DNA from: an uncultured PS1 clade bacterium
Lineage (GTDB): Bacteria > Pseudomonadota > Alphaproteobacteria > RS24
Assembly: GCA_902624095.1 (NCBI GenBank)
Contig: CACNWB010000005.1
Coordinates: 7,886 to 71,885, forward strand
Direction of reading: 5' to 3'
Length of the DNA stretch: 64,000 nt
Part shown: one piece after another, positions 36,945-46,256 of the stretch
How the letters are laid out: each line of letters opens with the position of its first letter
Position numbering within the stretch: the first letter of the stretch is position 1
Program-made: the position numbers and the translations under genes
Notes under the pieces: generated by a model
The model's database searches: none
The model's input: only the letters and a program-made list of their open reading frames with translations
What the model was told of the DNA's origin: nothing

Positions 36945-38882
36945 TTAGAAGTAATAGGAAGCTCTCAAAAATACCTCATCCATAGTTTCAATGGTGCCCA
37001 TGATGTCATCATTGCCACCGTCGCTATCCAAGAAATTTGCATAGAGATCTAGTTGGAAATCATCGCGAGGACGCCACCGGACACCCGGCTGCACCAGCAA
37101 ACCACCCTCCAGATCGTACAACACGGACAGATCAGCCCGCCAGATCAGGTTAGGGAATGGTTGTTGAAATGCAAAGGCGACTGCGTTGAATTGATCATCG
37201 CCCGTTGGAACGCCGCCAGTTTCATATGGAGACCCATTTCCCGATAGATGACGACCAAACATATCGCTTTCGGACTTATGCATCCACTGGGCGACCATGT
37301 AAGTAGCCGGAAACTTTGCTGAGAACTTGTGATATTTCTCAAGCGAAACCACGCTCGTAAACTCATCTTCCTCAATCTTGGTCTGAGATAGGCTTGGAGC
37401 TGTGAACAAGCGATCTTGTGTAAAGGTCGCCTCAACGCCCAAAATAAGTTGGTCCGTGAAGCTGTCTGGAGCACCGGTGAAAACATATTTCGCGCTCGCG
37501 CCCACGATAACTTCCTCGTCATAATCGCGGTGCAGATAGCCTCGCAATGGACCAAAGCCTACAGCCGGTAGGCTGAAGAAGAGGTCTAACTCACCTTTAG
37601 CCAGCAGCTCAGCTGTAGTTGTTCCAGGATTCTGAGCATTCAATTGAGCTGCAGTTGCTGTTGGTGAAAACGCTCCCGCAGCCGCGGCAGCTACTGCAAA
37701 AGGTGCCTCTGTAACTGAAGTATCCAACGTGGTAACTGGATTGAAGCGAAGCCACGACGCACCCCAGAACCACTCGTCCGCACTTGCTGTGCCACGAGGA
37801 TCCGGCGCAAATGCCAGCCCCGGACGACGCCCAAATTGAGGAGCGCCGTTGCCATTACCATTGTCTGGATCGGTTGTGCTTGGATAAAGTTCGTTTCGTG
37901 CCCAGCGATAAGTCCCATCAGGCGTTGTCCTCGAAACTGCCATGAACGATAAGTCTATATCATTCCATTGACCTGACAACCGGAAGCCGACGTCGATATC
38001 GTCCTCATCTTGTTCATAGCCTGGCTCTTCATATACTGTAAATGCTTCGGCAACTACGCTGTAGGGTGTTCCAGGCCTAGGAAGAATGGTCGGCCTAAAC
38101 TGCTGAGCGTAACCTTCGAGCTCCCAGTCGTTTGCAAAACGGTAACTTCCTCTGATTGCCAAGGATGGGATACGACTATCCGAATATTCCTCGGCTGCAA
38201 CGCCAAGGAAGCTATGACGGCGCAAGTCAAGGCCTTGCACAACATCAAATACCCGGAAGAATAATGCCTCGCCCCACGCGATCTGTTGATTACCAACGCG
38301 AAGCCAGAGCGGACCTTTGTTGTAATCCAGATATAGAGCGGGAATATCAAGCATATAATCTTGCCCGTTATTCTCGAGGGCCGACCCGTAGCCATCATCT
38401 AAAGGCGTGTTTCGGAACACTCTCGACGGCAATGCGAAGAGCGGTGCCTCAGGATGGTCAACTCCGTTTGCGGTAGCAGCCTTACCAAAATAATCATAAT
38501 GCCTCAGAAAATCATCTTGGGGGTTTTCAGCATAACCGCGTAACTTCGTGTAAAGGGTAACATTTTCGCTTAACCGACCTTGAACGTCGATTTCCAATCT
38601 GGTCGCGAATTGGTTCCAGTCATTTTCTTCCGCTTTAACATTCGCGCGGGTTGTTTGGTGAGCAGGCAAGTTAAGCCCTAAAACGCTTAGGTTTCCAATA
38701 TGACTGGTGTTCTGCCGGCCGTTCCAAGGCGAGCCCCATGAAGTGTGCATGTTAGCGTCACCAGTATTGGCGGCTATTTCTTGGCGGATCATACCAGTAA
38801 CGCTGAAACTCGGCTCAGCGTAGGCCACCCCCCCAGTTGCCGCGACACCAAGTGCCGCCAGAGTTAGTGTTAGCTTTTTCAT
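36945..38882 (-). CDS. DUF1302 family outer-membrane beta-barrel protein
   Basis: It has the Sec signal MKKLTLTLAALGVAATGGVAYA and is 645 aa. Alternating amphipathic strands are visible, and the terminal LRASYYF is a typical OMP C-terminal aromatic signature. Confidence 0.8.
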   Translation of the reverse strand: MKKLTLTLAALGVAATGGVAYAEPSFSVTGMIRQEIAANTGDANMHTSWGSPWNGRQNTSHIGNLSVLGLNLPAHQTTRANVKAEENDWNQFATRLEIDVQGRLSENVTLYTKLRGYAENPQDDFLRHYDYFGKAATANGVDHPEAPLFALPSRVFRNTPLDDGYGSALENNGQDYMLDIPALYLDYNKGPLWLRVGNQQIAWGEALFFRVFDVVQGLDLRRHSFLGVAAEEYSDSRIPSLAIRGSYRFANDWELEGYAQQFRPTILPRPGTPYSVVAEAFTVYEEPGYEQDEDDIDVGFRLSGQWNDIDLSFMAVSRTTPDGTYRWARNELYPSTTDPDNGNGNGAPQFGRRPGLAFAPDPRGTASADEWFWGASWLRFNPVTTLDTSVTEAPFAVAAAAAGAFSPTATAAQLNAQNPGTTTAELLAKGELDLFFSLPAVGFGPLRGYLHRDYDEEVIVGASAKYVFTGAPDSFTDQLILGVEATFTQDRLFTAPSLSQTKIEEDEFTSVVSLEKYHKFSAKFPATYMVAQWMHKSESDMFGRHLSGNGSPYETGGVPTGDDQFNAVAFAFQQPFPNLIWRADLSVLYDLEGGLLVQPGVRWRPRDDFQLDLYANFLDSDGGNDDIMGTIETMDEVFLRASYYF

Positions 38883-38910
38883 TTTAGTATCCTCCCAAAT
38901 ACTTTTTGAA

Positions 38911-39858
38911 TCAGAAATTTACGATTTGTCCATATTGACCAGCAGCTAAAAACCTTCTGCCATCGCCATCTGGGCTTATGCCCGATACACCTTGATACCA
39001 ACGTCTCTCAGTATCTCGATTAGAAACGGCCTGCCAACTGCGGCCACCATTATTGCTTTTCAAAACTGCACGAACGCCTACAACGGCAAAAGCCTTGCCC
39101 GACGAACTTACGCCTAAGAGATTCGCTTTTGTGCCCGATTTGGCTGCCTGCCAGGACACACCATCATCGATAGACGAGATAATGTATCCAGCTTGTCCTA
39201 CACCAACCAGGCGACCATTTGCACCCTGGTGCAGAGCAAAAACGGAAGAGTCATTCGTGTTCTGGACAGACCAGGTCTTGCCACCATTGCGGCTAAGCAA
39301 AACCATACCAAATTCGGCGGCAATTAATAGGGTGCCGGCCTCTGTTTGCATAACATCGTACAAATGCGGCTCAAAGCCGTCCTCGACAATTGCGTCCCAA
39401 TCCACAGCGATCTTCTTAAAACTTTTGCTTCCAGCTGACCGCTTTACGATTGTACCAAAAGCGCCTACTGCCATTTGACTGCCATTGGATAGTGTTGCAA
39501 TGTCTAAAAGGCGCTCTTCGGTACCCGAGTCCAGCGGCTCCCAATTCTCACCTTCAGCAGAAAACATAAAGGCTTTTCCAGCTTGGCCAACTATGACCGG
39601 TTGACCTCTATCAATGGCCATGCCCAAGGCCGCAAAGTCTCCCGGAGAGGCAATTCTTTCCCAGTCCGCGCCACCATTATCAGAACGCAAAACGAGGCCG
39701 TGTCCACCGATCGCCCAGAGAGAAACCCCAGATCGGTCGATCGAATAAATTGCATCATGAGGCAATCCAGCCCTCACTGCCTGGAAGTTGTCAGCCGCAA
39801 AAGCTGAGCCGACAACCCCCAGAAAAGTAAGAGTTAAAGCTGTCTTAAGGAGCCGCAT
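38911..39858 (-). CDS. Ycf48-like BNR/beta-propeller protein
   Basis: It has a Sec signal and four BNR-type motifs: SDNGGADW, SRNGGKTW, SIDDGVSW and SNNGGRSW. Confidence 0.8.
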   Translation of the reverse strand: MRLLKTALTLTFLGVVGSAFAADNFQAVRAGLPHDAIYSIDRSGVSLWAIGGHGLVLRSDNGGADWERIASPGDFAALGMAIDRGQPVIVGQAGKAFMFSAEGENWEPLDSGTEERLLDIATLSNGSQMAVGAFGTIVKRSAGSKSFKKIAVDWDAIVEDGFEPHLYDVMQTEAGTLLIAAEFGMVLLSRNGGKTWSVQNTNDSSVFALHQGANGRLVGVGQAGYIISSIDDGVSWQAAKSGTKANLLGVSSSGKAFAVVGVRAVLKSNNGGRSWQAVSNRDTERRWYQGVSGISPDGDGRRFLAAGQYGQIVNF

Positions 39859-39862
39859 CTAA

Positions 39863-41248
39863 TTAGGCACCCAAGCGGCGAATAGCTGACTTAGTTAGAT
39901 AGCGATCATAGTCAGCAGTGTCATCATAGTGTGTCGGATAACCGCCCGCCATCTCCTTAACAAGCTCCGGCAGCGAAATCCGACCAGTCTGAACGTCGTG
40001 GATGATGACGAAGTTCCAAGTCCAGAGCGGACCGCCTCTGTAAGCTTTGGTTACGGTGCCGTCCTTATCGATGGACATACCATTACCGTGCTCGAAGTTT
40101 TTGTACACCTTGCCCTGACGGTCGTAGCTAACACTGGTGTATGCCACCATCGTCCGAGCATCGAGGTAGACGCGACGCTTGCTTATCGGCGCCCTTGGAT
40201 AGCCGGTAGGCTCGCAATCGATAACAACCACGTCCGGGATAACCTCATAGTCAGAGCGGAAGAAGCTGGTGCCCTGAGGCCCACCCACACGCTCACGCTT
40301 CCAGTTCGGGTCTTTAGAGTTAAAGTTACCGCCACCAGCTGGACCGACCATCGGACCACGGTGGACAATCTTAAAGTTACCCCATGTCAACCAGGGATCC
40401 CCCGCACCCCAAGCATCCGACAGGTACCAAGTCGGACCAGGTAGGAGCGGCTCAAAACGCTGATTAGTCGGGAAGCGACGGACCCGTTTAAACGCAGGAA
40501 GATAGCCCTCCAATTTCGGGTACTGCCGTTGATCATATGGCCAGGTGGACAAGAAGGCAGTGCCTTTAACGTCCTGCGGAGCGTTGAACCAAGCAGTTTG
40601 ATAACGAACCGTATCCTGCTGGCCTTTAAAATAAACGCCTTCAGGGTCGCTAACCCGACCAGTGGCTTGCTGCTCAATCCAAGCAAAGTCATAAGAATAT
40701 GCAACCGAACCATCTGGGTTCAGGTCATCCTCTTGAATCGCATAGAAAGTGTTATCGTAGCGACCCCAAGACATTGTGATATTTGCAAATGCCTCTGCCC
40801 CGTTCTTAGCGTCAGGGAATGGGTTCCCGCCGATCCACGCGGATCCATCATCAGTTACCACATTACCATCAGCGTTAAACTTGGCGCGACCAGAATTTTT
40901 GACAGATGCACCGAGATAGTCTGGCGGCGACAGATAGCTAGGATCCAAGGTTGTCGCGTGTGTGTCTATCTCGCGGCCCATTTCTTTGACCTGCATGAAC
41001 GCGACCTCGTCCATGTAGTCTTTGAGGAAATCAACATTGTTGGCATTGATTACGTCGCCATTATTGATTTTGCCCTTAGTAAGGCCCTCAAAAGATGAAA
41101 TCTCATCCGGATACACTCCTTCGAGCGTGCGGCCCATGGCAATGGTCGACCACAAAGGTGCCAACACGCCAGTGGCCAGCGCACCGGTCGCCATCTGTTT
41201 CATGAAGAAACGGCGAGAATAATTAGAATCAAATTTTTTGATGTGCAT
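39863..41248 (-). CDS. DUF1329 family periplasmic protein, paralog 2, with twin-arginine signal
   Basis: The Tat motif is SRRFFMKQMATGA. It shows the same conserved blocks as paralog 1. Its stop is 4 nt before the BNR gene start. Confidence 0.85.
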   Translation of the reverse strand: MHIKKFDSNYSRRFFMKQMATGALATGVLAPLWSTIAMGRTLEGVYPDEISSFEGLTKGKINNGDVINANNVDFLKDYMDEVAFMQVKEMGREIDTHATTLDPSYLSPPDYLGASVKNSGRAKFNADGNVVTDDGSAWIGGNPFPDAKNGAEAFANITMSWGRYDNTFYAIQEDDLNPDGSVAYSYDFAWIEQQATGRVSDPEGVYFKGQQDTVRYQTAWFNAPQDVKGTAFLSTWPYDQRQYPKLEGYLPAFKRVRRFPTNQRFEPLLPGPTWYLSDAWGAGDPWLTWGNFKIVHRGPMVGPAGGGNFNSKDPNWKRERVGGPQGTSFFRSDYEVIPDVVVIDCEPTGYPRAPISKRRVYLDARTMVAYTSVSYDRQGKVYKNFEHGNGMSIDKDGTVTKAYRGGPLWTWNFVIIHDVQTGRISLPELVKEMAGGYPTHYDDTADYDRYLTKSAIRRLGA

Positions 41249-41585
41249 TTTTCCCTCCCAAGAAAAATTTTTGGTTATCTAAATTTAAACAGTTGGCGGA
41301 GATTAAAAGTCTTCAGAACGAGTATTGTAACTCAACCTTAAAAACCAAAATTCCACTTAACCTGCACCCCCCTATTTGAAGAACCGAATGGATCTCTAAT
41401 ACTGCTAGAATACTTCATAACTGATTTTCGCCATTTGCAAGCGTTTTTTATGCCCGAAAGCTAGTTTTTATAAAAACAAGCATCTTTTGCAGACATGTTG
41501 CATTTTAGATACATTTGGCACGTTCTATGACATTATAGCCTTTGACTAATCGTTGCCTGATGATCAGTCAAAGAGCCACAAGCTC

Positions 41586-43967
41586 TTATATCTTTCTCCA
41601 GTCCTCATTCAACCAAGCAATATCGGCATTCACAAATTTTGGTTTAAGCAGATATACGAGAAGCGGCACGCCTATCAAGGCAACCACCATATTGATCAGC
41701 ATGACCAACACCAATAGAAGACCCATGTCAGCGAGGAACTTCAAACCAGAAAGATAATACCAAGGCAGAATGCTTATCAGAACGATTGTTGCCGTAAAGA
41801 AAATAGCTTTACCGGTAGTCATGACTGCGGTCATTATGGCGGTGCCATAATCATCCCCAGAGTGCTCCTCACAAATGCGGCTAAGCAGGTAGATGCCGTA
41901 GTCAATGCCCACGCCAATGCCGATCGCTGCGATAGGGAGGGTGTTAACGTCGAGCCCAATACCCATTAAAACCATGGTCGAGCCAAGCATCATATTTGAT
42001 AGGTTTACAGGTATGAGAAGCAATATCCCTGCTAAAATAGAGCCATAAGCCAACGAGCAGGTGAGCAGAATAACGGCGTTAAGCGCCGCCAAAATATACC
42101 ATTGATAGAGGTCCACAGTATCGTTCACAGATTGCTGCAAAGCGATCGCGCCCGTTGCCAGGCGGATTTTAAACTCAGGAAAATCCTGCCCTATATCCGC
42201 AATTATTTCATTTGCAGCCTCGAGAGCTTGGTCAACAGTGTCCTGTTTATTATCTTTGTACCACAGAGACACAGTTCCGTTTTTGAGTTCAAAATCTGAT
42301 ACATGGCTATACGCCTTGGAGCTCGCACCTAACAGAAGAGCCCCGGCAGCGGCATTGACAGCGTCATCAGTGTAATCTAACGGAGACCATTTAGGGTTGC
42401 CGCCTTGGTAAAGCCGGCTCGCCTCTGGCAAGTAGTCAGCAAAGGATAGCGTCGCCGTAGGCGGAAACTCCGATTCCTCTAGGCGGCGCTGTATTTCATT
42501 CATGACTTTTACTGTCTCGGCACGCTTCACAGTCCTGACTGTTTCATCCTTGCCTTCAAAAACAAGCTCTAGGGTCATCAAGCCAGGGAAGTTCTGGTTG
42601 ATGGCCCTGACAGCGGTGTTGTAGTCAGAATCCTCCCACAGGAGATTACTGCCCTCAACAGGATTTCCTACCCGGATTTGTGGCATCAGATAAAGACAAA
42701 CCGCAATGATTACAGCAAAAGTAGTGGCACTAAAACGAGCGCCCCGACCAAAGCTCAGTTTTGAAATTTTTTCCAAAAGATTAACAACCGCTCTATGGAA
42801 CTTCGCGCCCTCTTCTTTTCCAAGCAAAGTTTTGACATTTTTGGGCGCCGGAAACCACGACAGTAAAATAGGCGACAGGAACAAATTGGCTGGCACCAAG
42901 ATGAGCGCCCAAAACCCGCAGAAAAGTGCAAAGCGTTCCATTACCGGAATGGGAGCGATGGCGATAAGGAATAGACCTGTTGCATCCGTAACGATGCCAA
43001 GCGCACCCGGCGCCATCAATACCCTGAGCGCTAATTCAGCCGACTTGTGTCTATCTCCGGTCTCCTCATAAATCTCATAATAGCGTTCGATAAATTGCAC
43101 GCAGTGACTGAAAGAGCGCGCAACCAGCAAGAGCGGCACAACCATAATGAGCGGTTCAATTGGATCGCCGATCCAGCCAACAAACCCAAATCCCCAAATC
43201 GCAGCGACTATACTCACAAAGAGCGGTGTGATCACTCCTGGAATATTGCGCATGTAAAGGATAAGAGCTATGAACAACGCTGCCAGCGTAACGCCAAAGA
43301 TGGAGAGCATCTCGACCTGATAGGCATATACCCACCCAGTTAAGATGGGAGCTCCGGCAACATAAACTTCATGATTGTCATCGCGCTCTCGTTCCACCAT
43401 TTCCTGAATATATTGAGATGTCTTACCGTAATCCAAGAGGCGCTCGATAAATGTCGCGGTTACCACTGTCGCCGTTTCGTCCGGAGATATAAAAAAGGTC
43501 TGAACGTAGGGAGCCTTATTTACACGGTTTTTAAACTCGCGCATTTCTTCTTCGGTTTGTGGCGCACGGTCACCCATGAGCGGACGGGTATCAATGCCAA
43601 ACGGCGTCGCTTCAGAATAACGAGCCTTCTCTGTGGCGATTGATAGTATTTGGTCGTGGTCGACCGCCGGAGCCAGGTCAATATCCCGGCTCATGCGCCA
43701 AATTTTTTCTAATGTTTCGGGATTATAGATATCGCCATTCTTGACCTTCACCATCATAACCACTGTAAGAGGGTTCCCAAAGTTGGGATGGTCTTTATAT
43801 GTTTCTACAAAAGGATGGTTCTTAGGAAACAGATCGGAAAAAATTGTTCGAATGTCGACGCGTTGAATTCCAACGGCGAAGAACGCTGTGATCAACATTA
43901 GCATGACGAAGGACGCCACACTGTTCTTCATTGTTGCTTGCGCAACTCTTTTCTGAAATTCTTCCAT
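41586..43967 (-). CDS. RND superfamily transporter (MMPL/HpnN-like, COG1033 type)
   Basis: It is 793 aa with two 6-TM bundles, each preceded by a large soluble loop. No adjacent membrane-fusion protein or TolC-like gene is present. Confidence 0.85.
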   Translation of the reverse strand: MEEFQKRVAQATMKNSVASFVMLMLITAFFAVGIQRVDIRTIFSDLFPKNHPFVETYKDHPNFGNPLTVVMMVKVKNGDIYNPETLEKIWRMSRDIDLAPAVDHDQILSIATEKARYSEATPFGIDTRPLMGDRAPQTEEEMREFKNRVNKAPYVQTFFISPDETATVVTATFIERLLDYGKTSQYIQEMVERERDDNHEVYVAGAPILTGWVYAYQVEMLSIFGVTLAALFIALILYMRNIPGVITPLFVSIVAAIWGFGFVGWIGDPIEPLIMVVPLLLVARSFSHCVQFIERYYEIYEETGDRHKSAELALRVLMAPGALGIVTDATGLFLIAIAPIPVMERFALFCGFWALILVPANLFLSPILLSWFPAPKNVKTLLGKEEGAKFHRAVVNLLEKISKLSFGRGARFSATTFAVIIAVCLYLMPQIRVGNPVEGSNLLWEDSDYNTAVRAINQNFPGLMTLELVFEGKDETVRTVKRAETVKVMNEIQRRLEESEFPPTATLSFADYLPEASRLYQGGNPKWSPLDYTDDAVNAAAGALLLGASSKAYSHVSDFELKNGTVSLWYKDNKQDTVDQALEAANEIIADIGQDFPEFKIRLATGAIALQQSVNDTVDLYQWYILAALNAVILLTCSLAYGSILAGILLLIPVNLSNMMLGSTMVLMGIGLDVNTLPIAAIGIGVGIDYGIYLLSRICEEHSGDDYGTAIMTAVMTTGKAIFFTATIVLISILPWYYLSGLKFLADMGLLLVLVMLINMVVALIGVPLLVYLLKPKFVNADIAWLNEDWRKI

Positions 43968-44025
43968 CCGTTCCTCCCAAAAACGAAAATGATGATCTAT
44001 AAGCCGGACCCAAGAAGAGCTTGGC

Positions 44026-44058
44026 TGACAACTGAGCCACAGAGCGGGTCAGTTATCA
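44026..44058. promoter_or_regulatory. inverted repeat upstream of the RND gene (candidate operator or 5' UTR hairpin)
   Basis: TGACAACTGA - 13 nt - TCAGTTATCA, with 9/10 complementary arms. It lies 60-90 nt upstream of the RND ATG, in the divergent region facing the lipoprotein and tandem-MarR genes. Confidence 0.3.
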
Positions 44059-44345
44059 ATTTCTTTTTTTGAATTTGGGAAAAAAATATCTGCCGATTGA
44101 CACTATTTTCCTTGACGTTCAAAATCTTTAATGAAGGTGCATATTCTGAAATAAAAAAAACGACTTACGCTGTGAGATAGTTGAGAACTTTAAAAGGAAA
44201 TATCCCCATAAAAAAAATTATTATGCCAAAAGCTCGACGAATTCAACGGAGAAACCTCCAACAATCAATATAAAATTTCCTAAACAAAGTAGGCCCAAGA
44301 TCCTTAACATGCAAATTACCAGACAAAATCGAACAGGAGTTATCG

Positions 44346-44675
44346 ATGCGTTTCATTTTATTATTGCCTGTAATTACTGTTTTGGGGTGTAGCCCGGCCA
44401 CGAAGCTGGACACAGCGTCAGCTAAAAAAAACGAAACAAAATGCGCCGAGCTGGCCGCTTCATATGAGATGGCCCAAAAAAGAAAAGCTGAAATAGAAAA
44501 AAAGACAGAAGAAAAACAAGGTATCGAGATTGAAGAAGCGATCTTCTCGTGGCCATCCATGCTGGCCACAAGAATAGGCGAAATTTCGGATGCAAACGTG
44601 GCCTCAAAAAAAATGAGGGAGTTAAAAAAAGAAATGGCCAAAATAAATTGCAAAGGTGTTGAAAAACTCGACTAG
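44346..44675 (+). CDS. small lipoprotein, hypothetical
   Basis: It has a lipobox (ITVLGCS) followed by a charged, coiled-coil-like sequence. No family was recognised. Confidence 0.5.
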   Translation: MRFILLLPVITVLGCSPATKLDTASAKKNETKCAELAASYEMAQKRKAEIEKKTEEKQGIEIEEAIFSWPSMLATRIGEISDANVASKKMRELKKEMAKINCKGVEKLD

Positions 44676-44727
44676 CATAACGAATGTGCGTATTTGAAAG
44701 GCTGGCAAATTGTGATACGCGTGGTCC

Positions 44728-45888
44728 ATGGTTCTAGAACACACTGAAAAGACACCTGAGGTGATGATTGAACATTGCCCGAGGGACTTGGCCGCTGAAA
44801 AGCTCTTGGATTTGTTCTTTAGAATTCACTACGTAGTCGGCATGAAGGTGGAGGACACACTTCGCACCAATGATGTTCTGAACAGGCATCAGGTCGCCGT
44901 GTTGTGGACTATTCGCTCGGAAGGCATTGAGGGCCTGTCCATGCGCCGCAAATATATCGAGAGCACTATGACGGGTTGGTATGACATCAGCAGCAGCGCC
45001 ATTTCCAAAGCCATCCGTGCCATAGCCAAAAGTCCATTAGAACTCATAACAATTGAAGAACACCCTAAATCGGCACGTGAAAAGCTGATAACGCTGACGC
45101 CACGGGGGCGAAAATTCGTTCATGCCATGGTTAAAAATGGCACGGCCATGTGCCAATGGTTTTTGGACAATATGTCCAAATACGATGCTGAACGTGATAT
45201 CTGCCTGTATATTTATTCCAAAACAAATGCGATTTTTAATCGCATGATTGACCGGGAACGCATCGAACTTGGGGAGAAACACGAAGACCCGAAAAAGTCG
45301 AACCAACTTCTCCAGCATCCCCTCGCTGCCAACTTTCTTGAAAAACATTATAATTACGCAGAAATCCCGCGCGTGCCACGCGAATATTCGGCGCTAATGC
45401 AGCTCGATATATTTTTCCCCATTCACTATAAAGCAGGTAATCGGGTGGAAACGGCTTTACGCAAAGGCGCTTCGCTGAACCGTCAGCAAGTGATCATTCT
45501 ATGGGCCATTGCCGCCCAAGGTGTTGACGGCGAAAAAATGGAGCGCAAGCTCATAGAGCAAACCCTCAAAGATTGGCTGGAGATTACCAGCAGCTCTGTC
45601 TCAAAAGCCATACGATCGCTAACGGATCCGCCGCTCAATATTCTAACCATTACCGAAAATCCGGCCTCGGGCCGCGAAAAAATCGTTTGTCTGACCACAG
45701 AGGGTAAAAAGGTGGTTCAGGACATGCTGAGCAATGGCAAAGATTACCTGCAAAATCTCATCTCTGAATTAAGCGATGAAGAAATCAACATGGTTATTTC
45801 CATATTCGCCAGAACACACGAAATATTCAAACAATACCCCGGCCCTTTTCGCGAAGGGCAACCGCTTAAAGAAGCTACGGCCTGGTGA
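44728..45888 (+). CDS. tandem (duplicated) MarR-type winged-helix transcriptional regulator, 386 aa
   Basis: Residues 27-138 and 226-337 align ungapped at 55/112 identities. Shared blocks include LDxFFxIHY, LNRxQVxxLW, SSSxSKAIR, REKxxxLTxxGxKxV and NG. Each half looks like a complete MarR wHTH module. Confidence 0.8.
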   Translation: MVLEHTEKTPEVMIEHCPRDLAAEKLLDLFFRIHYVVGMKVEDTLRTNDVLNRHQVAVLWTIRSEGIEGLSMRRKYIESTMTGWYDISSSAISKAIRAIAKSPLELITIEEHPKSAREKLITLTPRGRKFVHAMVKNGTAMCQWFLDNMSKYDAERDICLYIYSKTNAIFNRMIDRERIELGEKHEDPKKSNQLLQHPLAANFLEKHYNYAEIPRVPREYSALMQLDIFFPIHYKAGNRVETALRKGASLNRQQVIILWAIAAQGVDGEKMERKLIEQTLKDWLEITSSSVSKAIRSLTDPPLNILTITENPASGREKIVCLTTEGKKVVQDMLSNGKDYLQNLISELSDEEINMVISIFARTHEIFKQYPGPFREGQPLKEATAW

Positions 45889-45941
45889 AAGGTCGCAGGT
45901 TTATTCCAGCCACCAGATGATGGCAGGCAATAATCGGGGAA

Positions 45942-46256
45942 TCAAAAGCCCTCTTCGGGTGCAACCGTCACTCTGATATTGTCAATTTCCGGCGTGATTT
46001 TTAGCTGACAGGCCAGGCGGCTTTCGGGCTTTCTCTCGACGAGGAAGTCAAGCATCTCTTCTTCTGCACTCTCCGGTTCCGGCAATTTCGATAGAAACGC
46101 TTCATCAACAAACACATGACATGTGGCGCATGAACATGAACCACTACAAGTTGCGTCCACCAGATCAGCACCTTGCAACGGACTCATGAGCGTATCGCCC
46201 TCCTGCCCGTCAACTACATGTTCTGCTCCGTCGCGATCTGTTACATGAATTTTCAT
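45942..46256 (-). CDS. 2Fe-2S ferredoxin (adrenodoxin/putidaredoxin type)
   Basis: The cluster motif is CSGSCSCATCHV ... LACQ. The protein is 104 aa. Confidence 0.9.
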   Translation of the reverse strand: MKIHVTDRDGAEHVVDGQEGDTLMSPLQGADLVDATCSGSCSCATCHVFVDEAFLSKLPEPESAEEEMLDFLVERKPESRLACQLKITPEIDNIRVTVAPEEGF

